A DNA stretch of 32,000 nt from Clostridia bacterium (GTDB lineage Bacteria > Bacillota > Clostridia > TANB77 > CAG-465), in assembly GCA_017521005.1 (NCBI GenBank), contig JAFXEC010000005.1:10381-42380 (forward strand). The letters run 5' to 3'. Shown here piece after piece: positions 1 to 7,911 of the stretch (within the stretch, counting starts at the first letter, position 1; each line of letters begins with the position of its first letter). The notes under the pieces were generated by a model. It worked only from the letters and a program-made list of their open reading frames with translations. It was not told the origin of the DNA and did no database searches. Made by a program: the position numbers and the translations under genes.

Positions 1-130
1 CGTTGAAAAGAGAAGTAAGTCTTAAATTTTCACTTTCCAAAGAATCTTTGAGACGTGCCCGCCTCTGCTGTTCGTTTACAAAATCGCTTGCCTTGCTAAA
101 ACCTTTTGAGATAGTATCTCTAAGTCCCAT
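1..130 (-). CDS. hypothetical protein, N-terminal fragment (gene continues past the left edge)
   Basis: ATG at 130..128 on the minus strand, with GGAGGA (plus 139-144) 8 nt upstream. Open to the window edge. Translation MGLRDTISKGFSKASDFVNEQQRRARLKDSLESENLRLTSLFN; no family recognised. Confidence 0.4.
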   Translation of the reverse strand, partial: MGLRDTISKGFSKASDFVNEQQRRARLKDSLESENLRLTSLFN

Positions 131-223
131 GTTTTTAATCCTCCGAATATATTAATATTGTAGCGTAAAAGCAACGCTACTTATATTATACCATATGAAC
201 AAAATTATGTCAATTTTGTACAT

Positions 224-247
224 AAAAAAGCCCCGGTCAAACCGAGG
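224..247 (-). terminator. intrinsic terminator of rpsT
   Basis: On the minus strand, CCTCGG-tttga-CCGGGG (6 bp including one G-U) followed by CTTTTTT, directly after the rpsT stop. Confidence 0.55.
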
Positions 248-253
248 TTGTAA

Positions 254-505
254 TTATTTTGCTAAAAGTTTTGCAAAGTGAGCTTTTTTTCTATCTGCTG
301 TATTTCTTTTTAATACACCTTTAGACCAAGCTTTATCTACTTCAGAAACAGCTTTTTTGTAAAGTTCTTCTGCATTTTCGCCGTTTGCTACTGCAGTTTC
401 GAATGCTTTAACAGCTTCTCTGTAAGCTTTTTTAACTTTTATATTTTCAAGTCTATTAGCATCGTTTACTAATACTCTTTTCTTAGCTGATTTAATATTT
501 GGCAT
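254..505 (-). CDS. rpsT: 30S ribosomal protein S20
   Basis: 83 aa, MPNIKSAKKRVLVNDANRLENIKVKKAYREAVKAFE..., a typical S20 N-terminus and length. Confidence 0.93.
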   Translation of the reverse strand: MPNIKSAKKRVLVNDANRLENIKVKKAYREAVKAFETAVANGENAEELYKKAVSEVDKAWSKGVLKRNTADRKKAHFAKLLAK

Positions 506-585
506 GTTTTTCCCTCCCTTTTATATGAGCATAATATTTTACAGTAACCATTTTAACATAATAATTTAGTAAAATCAAGTAGGAA

Positions 586-613
586 TTGAAAAAAATAAAA
601 TTTGTGGTATAAT
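586..613 (+). promoter_or_regulatory. sigma-A type promoter, TTGAAA-16-TATAAT with TGn extension
   Basis: TTGAAA 586-591, TGg 605-607, TATAAT 608-613, about 45 nt upstream of the 659 ATG. Confidence 0.55.
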
Positions 614-658
614 ATGTCCAGCTTTAATAAAAAATCCAAAAATAATTAGGAGGATATC

Positions 659-847
659 ATGAAATTTGAATTAAGCAAAGAAGAAGAAAAAAAGGTCAGA
701 GAGTGGGAAGAAAACCACAAATGCACTGAACGGAACAAATCCTGTTGCGGTGGCGAGATTACATATTCTTTTACTCCGACGAGTATTGGAACCGCGGTTG
801 ATGCTACATGCATCTGCGGTCAAACTTTAGCCGTAAGAGAGCTGTAA
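659..847 (+). CDS. small Cys-rich hypothetical protein (62 aa), possible zinc-binding
   Basis: AGGAGG SD before the ATG. Cys pattern C-x6-CC ... C-x-C (HKCTERNKSCCGG ... ATCICG). First gene upstream of tmk-thyA-folA. Confidence 0.55.
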   Translation: MKFELSKEEEKKVREWEENHKCTERNKSCCGGEITYSFTPTSIGTAVDATCICGQTLAVREL

Positions 848-852
848 TTTTA

Positions 853-881
853 TTTACACCAAATATCCTATGTGATATAAT
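853..881 (+). promoter_or_regulatory. possible internal promoter, TTTACA-17-TATAAT with TGn
   Basis: TTTACA 853-858, TGa 873-875, TATAAT 876-881, upstream of tmk. Confidence 0.4.
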
Positions 882-944
882 TCCTTTAGCAAAAAAGGTA
901 AGCAAAAAATTATTAAAAATATTAAAGAAATGTGAGGTTTAAAG

Positions 945-1637
945 ATGTCATTAAAAGGTAAAATTATTGTCATTGAAGGAACTGATGGCAGCGGTAAACA
1001 AACACAGGCTAAAAGGTTAAGAGAAAAATTAACCGAAGCAGGGTATACCGTTTATGCAAGTTCTTTCCCGAATTACGAAAGTGATTCATCAGCAGCTGTA
1101 AGAATGTATCTTAAAGGCGAGATAAAGGAAAAAGCAGAAGATGTAAGTGCTAAAGCAGCCTCTATCTTTTACGCTGTAGATAGATACATTACCTACAAGA
1201 AGGAAATGGAAGCAGTACATTCTAGTGGAGAACAAGTAATTATCCTTGACAGATATGTTGCTTCTAACATTATTCACCAAGGTGCTAAACTTATTAAGAG
1301 CGAAGGCGAACATGGACTTCATGAGTTCATTAACTGGCTTTCAAATCTTGAGCATGGAGATTTTGGAATCCCCAAAGCAGATGTTACTATATATCTGAAT
1401 GTGCCTGTAGATTACACGATTAAGCTTAGAGAAAATCGTGCAAACAAAATTACAGGTGGAGAAAAACAAGATATCCATGAAGCAAGCGAATCTCACTTAA
1501 GAGATGCTTCTGTGTCTGGTCTTACTGCAGCCAAACTTTTAGGCTGGAATGTTATAGAGTGCGTTAAGGATGATACTATGCGTACAATCGAAGACATTGC
1601 AGATGAAATTTGGTCTGTGGTAGAAAATATTAAATAA
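945..1637 (+). CDS. tmk: thymidylate (dTMP) kinase
   Basis: P-loop IVIEGTDGSGKQTQ, SFPNY...YLKGE and DRY motifs, 230 aa. Confidence 0.9.
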   Translation: MSLKGKIIVIEGTDGSGKQTQAKRLREKLTEAGYTVYASSFPNYESDSSAAVRMYLKGEIKEKAEDVSAKAASIFYAVDRYITYKKEMEAVHSSGEQVIILDRYVASNIIHQGAKLIKSEGEHGLHEFINWLSNLEHGDFGIPKADVTIYLNVPVDYTIKLRENRANKITGGEKQDIHEASESHLRDASVSGLTAAKLLGWNVIECVKDDTMRTIEDIADEIWSVVENIK

Positions 1638-1653
1638 TTGGAGGATAAAACGT

Positions 1654-2511
1654 ATGTCAAAATGGGATCAAGAGTATCTGAATCTTTGCGAAAAGATTAT
1701 TAACGAGGGCAAAGTGCATCACAACAGAACCGGCGATGATACGATAAGAATTATCGGTCATACATTTGAGCTGGACATTGCAGAGGAATTTCCTGTGCTT
1801 TCTGTGAAACAGGTTGGTATCAAAGGCCCGCTTATCGAGCTTTTGTGGATATACCAAGCTCACAGCAACAATGTTCAGTGGCTTCGTGACAGAGGCGTAA
1901 CAATTTGGGATGAATGGGAAGTGGATACTGACGGTGTATATCGTCAAGGTGGAAACAACCGTTTTATCGGTAAAGAGTACGCCGGAACTATCGGTACAGC
2001 ATACGGCTATGTTACCGGTCATTTCGGATGGCCTGAAAACAACATCAAGGAAATTCTGGAACATCCGGAAAGCAGAAGAAACATCATTGATCTTTGGCAG
2101 CCGCAGTTCTTTGATACTGCTGTTTTGCCTCCTTGTGTATATGGCAGCCAATTTATCGTTGACGGTGATACTCTTCATATAAGAGTAACTCAACGTTCTT
2201 GCGATGTGGGTCTTGGACTTCCTTACAACGTAACTCAGTATGCAGGGCTTGCATATATGATTGCACACGTAACTGGTCTTAAGCCTGGCAAGATGCTTTA
2301 CCAAATCACAGATACCCATATCTATTGCAAGCATCTGCCTGCAATCAAGGAAATGATCAAGAGACGTGACCTTGCTAAACCTGCGCCTAAGCTTTGGATC
2401 AACCCTGACGTTAAGGATTTCTTCAAGTTCGATAACTCAAGAGAACTGAAGGACTTCAAACTTATTGGGTATGAACACCTTGGCAAGGTGCCTATGGAGG
2501 TGTCTATATGA
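1654..2511 (+). CDS. thyA: thymidylate synthase (ThyA family, divergent)
   Basis: NRTGDDT, ELLW, TIWDEW, SRRNI, LPPC (catalytic Cys), TQRSCDVGLGLPYN and TDTHIY motifs. Its stop overlaps the folA start (ATGA). Confidence 0.88.
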   Translation: MSKWDQEYLNLCEKIINEGKVHHNRTGDDTIRIIGHTFELDIAEEFPVLSVKQVGIKGPLIELLWIYQAHSNNVQWLRDRGVTIWDEWEVDTDGVYRQGGNNRFIGKEYAGTIGTAYGYVTGHFGWPENNIKEILEHPESRRNIIDLWQPQFFDTAVLPPCVYGSQFIVDGDTLHIRVTQRSCDVGLGLPYNVTQYAGLAYMIAHVTGLKPGKMLYQITDTHIYCKHLPAIKEMIKRRDLAKPAPKLWINPDVKDFFKFDNSRELKDFKLIGYEHLGKVPMEVSI

Positions 2512-2999
2512 TTAAGATAATTGCTGCAGTTGGCAAAAATCTTGAACTTGGAAAAAACGGCGATCTTATCTGGCATCTGCCTAACGACCTTAAGTTCTTT
2601 AAGAGTCAAACGGTAGGCTGCATGGTGGTTATGGGACGTAATACCTATAACTCTCTTCCTAAGAAGTTGCCCGGCAGAAAGCATTTGGTTATAACTGATG
2701 TTGATGATTTCAATAAACCTGTTGATGATGTTGATATCTTCTATAACATGGAGGATATGTTGAAAGAAATCAAGAAACATTCGGAAAACGAAGATGTATT
2801 TATTATCGGAGGAGCGAGCATTTACAGACAATTTGTGCCTTTTGCGGATGAGCTCATTCTTACCGAAGTTGATGCAGAAGCACCTGATGCCGATGTATAT
2901 TTCCCTGTTTTTGATAAGGCTCAGTATGTAAGAGAAGTTGTTGCTTCAAATGAAGACAACGGTATCAAATACGAGCATGTAAGATACGTTAGAAAATAA
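2508..2999 (+). CDS. folA: dihydrofolate reductase
   Basis: IIAAVGKNLELGKNGDLIWHLPNDLKFFK...VVMGRNTY..LP.RKHLV, 163 aa, translationally coupled to thyA. Confidence 0.9.
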   Translation: MIKIIAAVGKNLELGKNGDLIWHLPNDLKFFKSQTVGCMVVMGRNTYNSLPKKLPGRKHLVITDVDDFNKPVDDVDIFYNMEDMLKEIKKHSENEDVFIIGGASIYRQFVPFADELILTEVDAEAPDADVYFPVFDKAQYVREVVASNEDNGIKYEHVRYVRK

Positions 3000-3036
3000 C
3001 GTAATGCTTTTTGAAGTTGATTAAAAACAAAAAATT

Positions 3037-3065
3037 AAGCGAGTACTTTGTACTCGCTTTTTTCT
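3037..3065 (+). terminator. intrinsic terminator after folA
   Basis: AAGCGAGTAC / GTACTCGCTT stem followed by a T-run. Confidence 0.75.
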
Positions 3066-3333
3066 TTAGTATGTTTTCTGTATAAGACATACTTGCCGGT
3101 AAAATAAAGTTTTATTTTAACTGTCCGACCTATTCCAAGAAGTTTGCTTTTTGGCAAGGGTAACACCAAATTGCAATGACTTTTATTTATGCGCATAAGA
3201 AAGTTTTTTCATCTTGGTATACTAAAATTCTACCCCTAGTAAAATAGATTGTCAATGACAGTAAAATTAAAAAACTGTTACAAAACGGTTACAATTTTCA
3301 AGAAAACTCGACAATAAAAACACAAACAATCTG

Positions 3334-3362
3334 TTGACACCAAAAAGAGTATATGGTAATAT
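3334..3362 (+). promoter_or_regulatory. sigma-A type promoter, TTGACA-17-TAATAT with TGn
   Basis: TTGACA 3334-3339, TGg 3354-3356, TAATAT 3357-3362. Confidence 0.6.
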
Positions 3363-3415
3363 GTAGGAACCTTTAGAACTGAAACTAAAATATTAATATA
3401 TTAAGGGGGAGAATT

Positions 3416-3868
3416 ATGCAGAAGAAACGTGTAATTAGAGATAAGAAAATTAAGACCATGAACATTATGGGTAGTCCGCATTATGAAACAGTAGAAGGCA
3501 AACGTCGGCTCATATACAACAGAAAATATGGCATTGCAATTATGAAGCATCCTGAAAAGGAAAAGTATGGCCTGGTAAATATGTGGAACGAAGTTCTCGT
3601 AGATACCAAATATGATTTCTGTTGTTATCCAAAGTTTGGAATTGCCTTTGTCCAAAAGAAAGGATTGTGGGGATTTGTAAACTGCAGAGGTGATCTCATC
3701 TGCGATTGCAACTATACCCACATATATTCTTTCAAGAAAAAGATTGCACTCGTAAGAAGAGGAAATCAATACGGTCTTGTTGGTATCAATGGCAATGTTG
3801 TTCTTAAGTGTAAGTACACAAGAGAACAGGCACTCTATGAACGGAGGGTAATCCTTCATAGAATGTAA
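3416..3868 (+). CDS. WG-repeat (KWG-like beta-repeat) protein
   Basis: Repeated units of the type KYGLV....V..KYD / GLWGFVN..G.L...NY / QYGLVGINGNVVLKCKY. GGGGAG SD. Confidence 0.6.
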   Translation: MQKKRVIRDKKIKTMNIMGSPHYETVEGKRRLIYNRKYGIAIMKHPEKEKYGLVNMWNEVLVDTKYDFCCYPKFGIAFVQKKGLWGFVNCRGDLICDCNYTHIYSFKKKIALVRRGNQYGLVGINGNVVLKCKYTREQALYERRVILHRM

Positions 3869-3874
3869 CAAAAG

Positions 3875-3903
3875 GCTCCGCAAAAAAGCGGAGCTTTTTT
3901 TAT
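3875..3903 (+). terminator. intrinsic terminator
   Basis: GCTCCGC-aaaaaa-GCGGAGC followed by T9. Confidence 0.8.
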
Positions 3904-4034
3904 GAAAAATGTAAAAAAGTATAATATATATATAAGTAGAAAAAATATTGAGTGTAAAAATATTAAAGCGCTTGCAAAAAATAAAAATATGTAATAGGAT
4001 AAGTATATAATGTAATATAAGGGAGGAACAAAAG

Positions 4035-4877
4035 ATGAAAAAAGGTATATCATTAATAGTCTTAGTAATTACTATAATAGTTATGATAATATTAGCAGCG
4101 ACTGTAATTATTTCGCTTACAAATACAAATATAATAAATAGAGCAGACCAAGCAGTACAACTTACAAATGCAAAACAAGTACAAGATTTAGTAGCTTTAG
4201 CATGGGCAGATGCTTATGCGGGAGGCGAAAGAGATATTGTAAAACTACAAGAAGCGGTAGATAAAGTTGTAGAAGAAAGTAAAATAGATACAAATAGATT
4301 TGAAATAACTGTAACAACAGGTGGAGTAACTGTAGTAGATAAAAACGAACAAACAAAACCAGAAGATACTACACCAGAACCAGTAGTTTTAACAGCACCA
4401 ACTGTAGCGGTGTCAAATAACACATTAACAATAACAGATACAAATGCAAAAGTAGATAGATATATAATATATGTAAATGGTGTAGAGAAAACTACTACAA
4501 CAGTAAAGACTTTTGCACTAGACGAATTAGATTTAACAACAGGAACATATAAAATAACTGTAAAAGCAACAGCGAGTGGATTTGAAGATTCACAAGCAAG
4601 CGCTGAAGCAACATATTCTGTAATATCTTTTGTAATAGGTACAACAACTTATTATACAAGAACAGGTTCAACATGGACAGAATGGGTTAATAGCAAATAC
4701 AATAAAGCTGAAGCTACAACTTCTGGAACTAATATATATGTAGGAAGTGCGTATGTAACAACAAGCGGAAGTACAGCTGTAGATGCAACAGCTACAATAA
4801 ATGCTGGTGCAACATATAGTTTATATACACCATCATCAAGTGGTGGTTCAAGTCCACATGGTGGCGGTTCGAATTAG
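4035..4877 (+). CDS. pilin-like protein with class-III-like signal peptide (no Glu5), an extra Ig/FN3-like module and an HGGG C-terminal tail
   Basis: MKKG|ISLIVLVITIIVMIILAATVIISL N-terminus, GGGAGG SD, paralog of the next gene. Confidence 0.6.
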   Translation: MKKGISLIVLVITIIVMIILAATVIISLTNTNIINRADQAVQLTNAKQVQDLVALAWADAYAGGERDIVKLQEAVDKVVEESKIDTNRFEITVTTGGVTVVDKNEQTKPEDTTPEPVVLTAPTVAVSNNTLTITDTNAKVDRYIIYVNGVEKTTTTVKTFALDELDLTTGTYKITVKATASGFEDSQASAEATYSVISFVIGTTTYYTRTGSTWTEWVNSKYNKAEATTSGTNIYVGSAYVTTSGSTAVDATATINAGATYSLYTPSSSGGSSPHGGGSN

Positions 4878-4904
4878 TACATATTATATAGGAGGAAACA
4901 AAAG

Positions 4905-5483
4905 ATGAAAAAAGGTATATCATTAATAGTACTAGTAATAACTATCATAGTTATGATTATAATTGCTGCAACAGTAGTTATATCATTATCTAATACAGGA
5001 ATAATAGATAGAGCTGATCAAGCAGTACAACTTACAAACGAAAAACAAGTACAAGATTTTGCGGCTATGGTTTGGGCAGAAAAGTATATGGATGAATATA
5101 GAGGAGAAGACCTAACAAGAGAAGTGCTAGAAGAATTAGAAGCAGAAGGAATTACAGCTGACGATTGGAATATAACAATAACAGATAGTGGTATTACGGT
5201 AAAAAATAAAGTTGTTTCTGCAAAAGAAATATCTTTTACAATTGATGGAACTAGTTACAAGGCTTTAGAAGGAATGACATGGGTAGATTGGCTTATAAGC
5301 TCATATAATACAGCTGAAGCAACTATAACAAGTGATAATATATATATAGGTGGAAAAAGAGTGATAAAATCTTCTGCTGATGAAACTTTAGAGCTTGGTA
5401 CTAATGTTATAGTATCTGGAAATGCGTATGGACTTAAATCAACAGGTGGTACTAGTGATCAACACGGTGGCGGAGCAGGTTAA
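4905..5483 (+). CDS. pilin-like protein, shorter paralog of 4035-4877
   Basis: MKKG|ISLIVLVITIIVMIIIAATVVISL, shared NRADQAVQLTN.KQVQD helix and a shared C-terminal domain ending QHGGGAG. Confidence 0.6.
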   Translation: MKKGISLIVLVITIIVMIIIAATVVISLSNTGIIDRADQAVQLTNEKQVQDFAAMVWAEKYMDEYRGEDLTREVLEELEAEGITADDWNITITDSGITVKNKVVSAKEISFTIDGTSYKALEGMTWVDWLISSYNTAEATITSDNIYIGGKRVIKSSADETLELGTNVIVSGNAYGLKSTGGTSDQHGGGAG

Positions 5484-5496
5484 AATGATTAATATT

Positions 5497-5529
5497 AAAG
5501 GTAAGATTAACGTCTTACCTTTATTTTTC
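5497..5529 (+). terminator. intrinsic terminator
   Basis: AAAGGTAAG-attaacgt-CTTACCTTT followed by ATTTTT. Confidence 0.75.
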
Positions 5530-5580
5530 GGGCTTTTCTAAAACTTTGTAAAAAAAGTGTAATATTTTTGTAAAAAATAC

Positions 5581-5609
5581 TTGCAAAAAAATATGTTGTA
5601 TGTTAAAAT
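5581..5609 (+). promoter_or_regulatory. candidate S10-operon promoter, TTGCAA-17-TAAAAT with TGn
   Basis: TTGCAA 5581-5586, TGt 5601-5603, TAAAAT 5604-5609. Implies a 5' leader of about 225 nt before rpsJ. Confidence 0.55.
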
Positions 5610-5839
5610 ATTGATGTTGATTTGCGTAGAAGTGGTAGATGGCTATGCTTAGACATAGGGAACTTCCATGGAGCATGTCTGATTTTAAATCGGGCGGCAA
5701 GTATAAAATTGTATTTGCCAAGTATATATTTTTGAAAAAAAGTATGTTTATTTGGCATTATATTATACGACAATTTTGAAACACACGGGGTAGTGTAAAA
5801 CTTGCAAGTCCTTGAAATAATAGTAAAGGAGTGAAATTT

Positions 5840-6157
5840 ATGGCAAAAACAAATGTATCAAAAATGAGAATAAGACTTAAATCTTATGACCACGTAGTGC
5901 TAGAACAAACTGCACTTAAGCTAGTTGAAGTAGCTAGAAATTCAGGAGCTGAAGTATCAGGACCTGTACCTCTACCAACTAGAAAAGAAGTTGTAACTAT
6001 TCTTCGTTCTCCACACAAACACAAAGATTCAAGAGAACAATTTGAGTTAAGAACTCACAAGAGAGTTATAGACGTTAAGGCACCTAATCAAGCAACAGTT
6101 GATGCGCTTATGGCAATCGATATGCCAGCTGGTGTTGAAATCGAAGTTAAACTTTAA
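5840..6157 (+). CDS. rpsJ: 30S ribosomal protein S10
   Basis: [18 protein letters not shown]...; the ATG at 5840 has an AAAGGAG SD. The track start at 5831 (GTG) lies inside the SD region. Confidence 0.95.
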   Translation: MAKTNVSKMRIRLKSYDHVVLEQTALKLVEVARNSGAEVSGPVPLPTRKEVVTILRSPHKHKDSREQFELRTHKRVIDVKAPNQATVDALMAIDMPAGVEIEVKL

Positions 6158-6272
6158 TAATATTTAGTAGCAATCCTTAAGTAAATTAAGGGAAGTGCAA
6201 TACCCTATACTGAATATGACATTAGAAGTAAACAGAAAAGTTTAGTAAATTTTTAAAGGGAGGAAATTCAAA

Positions 6273-6899
6273 ATGAAAGAAGTTTACGGTAAAAAACTAG
6301 GTATGACTCAAATCTTCAATGAAGATGGAACAGTAGTACCAGTTACAGTAATCGAAGCTTACAAATTAGTAGTTGTTGGAAAGAAAACTTCAGATAAAGA
6401 AGGATACAACGCTATAGTAGTTGGTTTTGGTGATGTAAAAGAAAACAGAGTAAACAAACCTGAAAAAGGTGTGTTTGCAAAAGCAGGGGTACCTGTTAAA
6501 AAATACATAAAAGAAATCAGAGTAGAAAATGTTGACGAATATACAATTGGTCAAGAATTATCACTTGAAGTTTTAGAAGCAGGAGACCACGTAGATGTAC
6601 ATGGTGTATCAAAGGGTAAAGGATTCCAAGGTGTTATTCACAGATATGGATTACACAGAGGACCAACAACTCATGGTTCTAACTATCACAGAAGACCAGG
6701 TTCTATGGGAGCTGGTACAAACCCAGGTAGAGTATTTAAGAATAAAAAACTAGCTGGACATATGGGACATGTAAATCGTACAGTTTTAAACCTTGAAGTA
6801 GTTAAAGTAGACGCTGATAAAAATGCAGTATTAGTTAAAGGTTCAGTACCTGGAGCTAAGGGAGCTACTCTAAATATTACTAAGAGTGTTAAAGCTTAG
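6273..6899 (+). CDS. rplC: 50S ribosomal protein L3
   Basis: [10 protein letters not shown]...; position in the S10 operon. Confidence 0.97.
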   Translation: MKEVYGKKLGMTQIFNEDGTVVPVTVIEAYKLVVVGKKTSDKEGYNAIVVGFGDVKENRVNKPEKGVFAKAGVPVKKYIKEIRVENVDEYTIGQELSLEVLEAGDHVDVHGVSKGKGFQGVIHRYGLHRGPTTHGSNYHRRPGSMGAGTNPGRVFKNKKLAGHMGHVNRTVLNLEVVKVDADKNAVLVKGSVPGAKGATLNITKSVKA

Positions 6900-6916
6900 G
6901 AAAGGAGAAAGTTAAA

Positions 6917-7537
6917 ATGCTTAAAACAGACGTATTAGATATAACAGGAAAGAAAGTATCTGACATCGAGTTAAATGAAGCAGTTTTTGGAATTGAACCT
7001 AACGAAGTAGTAGTACACCAAGTATTAGTTAACTTCTTAGCTAATCAAAGACAAGGAACACAATCTACAAAAACTCGTGCAGAAGTACGTGGTGGTGGTA
7101 TCAAGCCTTGGAGACAAAAAGGTACTGGTAGAGCAAGACAAGGTTCTATAAGAGCACCACAATGGATAAAAGGTGGTATTGCTTTAGGACCAAAACCTAG
7201 AGATTATAGATTCAAACTACCTAAGAAAGTAAGAGCTTTAGCTATAAAATCAGTTCTTACAACTAAATTAGCAGAAAACAAACTAGTTGTAGTAGACAAC
7301 ATAGTATTAGATGAAATCAAAACTAAGAAAATGGTTGAAGTATTAAACAACCTTAAAGCTAACAAAGCTTTAGTAGTATTAAATGAAAAGAACCTAAACG
7401 TTCAAGCATCTGCAAGAAACATTGAAAATACAAAAACAACAACTGTTAATGCAATCAACATTTATGATTTATTAAGATTTGAAACTTTAGTATTAGATGT
7501 TAATGCAGTTAAAACTTTAGAGGAGGTGTACGCTTAA
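6917..7537 (+). CDS. rplD: 50S ribosomal protein L4
   Basis: ...[26 protein letters not shown]... Confidence 0.97.
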   Translation: MLKTDVLDITGKKVSDIELNEAVFGIEPNEVVVHQVLVNFLANQRQGTQSTKTRAEVRGGGIKPWRQKGTGRARQGSIRAPQWIKGGIALGPKPRDYRFKLPKKVRALAIKSVLTTKLAENKLVVVDNIVLDEIKTKKMVEVLNNLKANKALVVLNEKNLNVQASARNIENTKTTTVNAINIYDLLRFETLVLDVNAVKTLEEVYA

Positions 7538-7911
7538 TGTTATACGCAGAAGATGTTATAATAAAACCAGTAATAACTGAAAAAAGTTATATGGAAATGG
7601 CAAATGGAAAATACACTTTCCAAACTAAAATAGATGCAACTAAGATCGATATAAAGAACGCAGTTGAAAAACTATTTAACGTAAAAGTATTAAAAGTAAA
7701 TACAATGAGATATGACGGTAAGTCAAAAAGAGTTGGAGTACACCAAGGTAAAACAAATGCATGGAAAAAAGCTATAGTTACTATAGATACTAACCCAGCA
7801 GATGAAAAATACTTAACTAAAGGTGGAAAAGAAGTAAAAGTTGCTAAAAAATACAATACTGAAATTACTGAAATCAGCTCAGCATTCGCAAACGAGGGGG
7901 GAAATAAATAA
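7537..7911 (+). CDS. rplW: 50S ribosomal protein L23 with a C-terminal extension of about 35 aa
   Basis: L23 core ...IKPVITEKS...KKAIVTI, then [46 protein letters not shown] overlap with rplB. Confidence 0.93.
   Translation: MLYAEDVIIKPVITEKSYMEMANGKYTFQTKIDATKIDIKNAVEKLFNVKVLKVNTMRYDGKSKRVGVHQGKTNAWKKAIVTIDTNPADEKYLTKGGKEVKVAKKYNTEITEISSAFANEGGNK

Noticed and set aside
1657-2334. Long antisense ORFs opposite known genes. Examples: 1657-2334 (-), 2322-2831 (-), 7874-8182 (-), 10047-10541 (-), 13313-13657 (-), 24796-25206 (-), 28378-29088 (-).
   Set aside because: Each lies fully inside a confidently identified sense gene and has no SD. The translations are low-complexity and hydrophobic (Leu/Phe/Ser/Ile-rich), as expected for shadow frames of A-rich coding DNA.
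1654-2511. ThyA homolog acting as a dCMP or dUMP hydroxymethylase (DNA hypermodification module).
   Set aside because: The specificity Asn (GLPYN) is retained. The gene is also translationally coupled to DHFR, which fits normal thymidylate synthesis. Only the divergence itself is reported.
3067-3333. About 270 nt of non-coding DNA after folA, with a TGTCA-A-TGACA palindrome (about 3250-3260) and a GTTACAA direct repeat (about 3277-3294).
   Set aside because: The motifs are short and statistically unremarkable in AT-rich sequence. I found no promoter/terminator pair that defines a transcript and no ORF remnants.
3856-4053. 65-aa minus-strand ORF between the WG-repeat gene and the first pilin-like gene.
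   Set aside because: It spans a terminator and a promoter/SD region, its translation is Phe/Ile/Tyr-rich and low-complexity, and it has no SD.
5615-5715. Possible tRNA or other small RNA gene upstream of rpsJ (GC-richer patch).
   Set aside because: No cloverleaf can be drawn: there is no T-loop (GTTCGAATC-like) or acceptor/anticodon arrangement. It is better explained as operon leader structure.
5521-5721. 66-aa ORF on the minus strand in the rpsJ upstream region.
   Set aside because: It has no SD, overlaps the pilin terminator and the S10 promoter, and has an arbitrary-looking composition.
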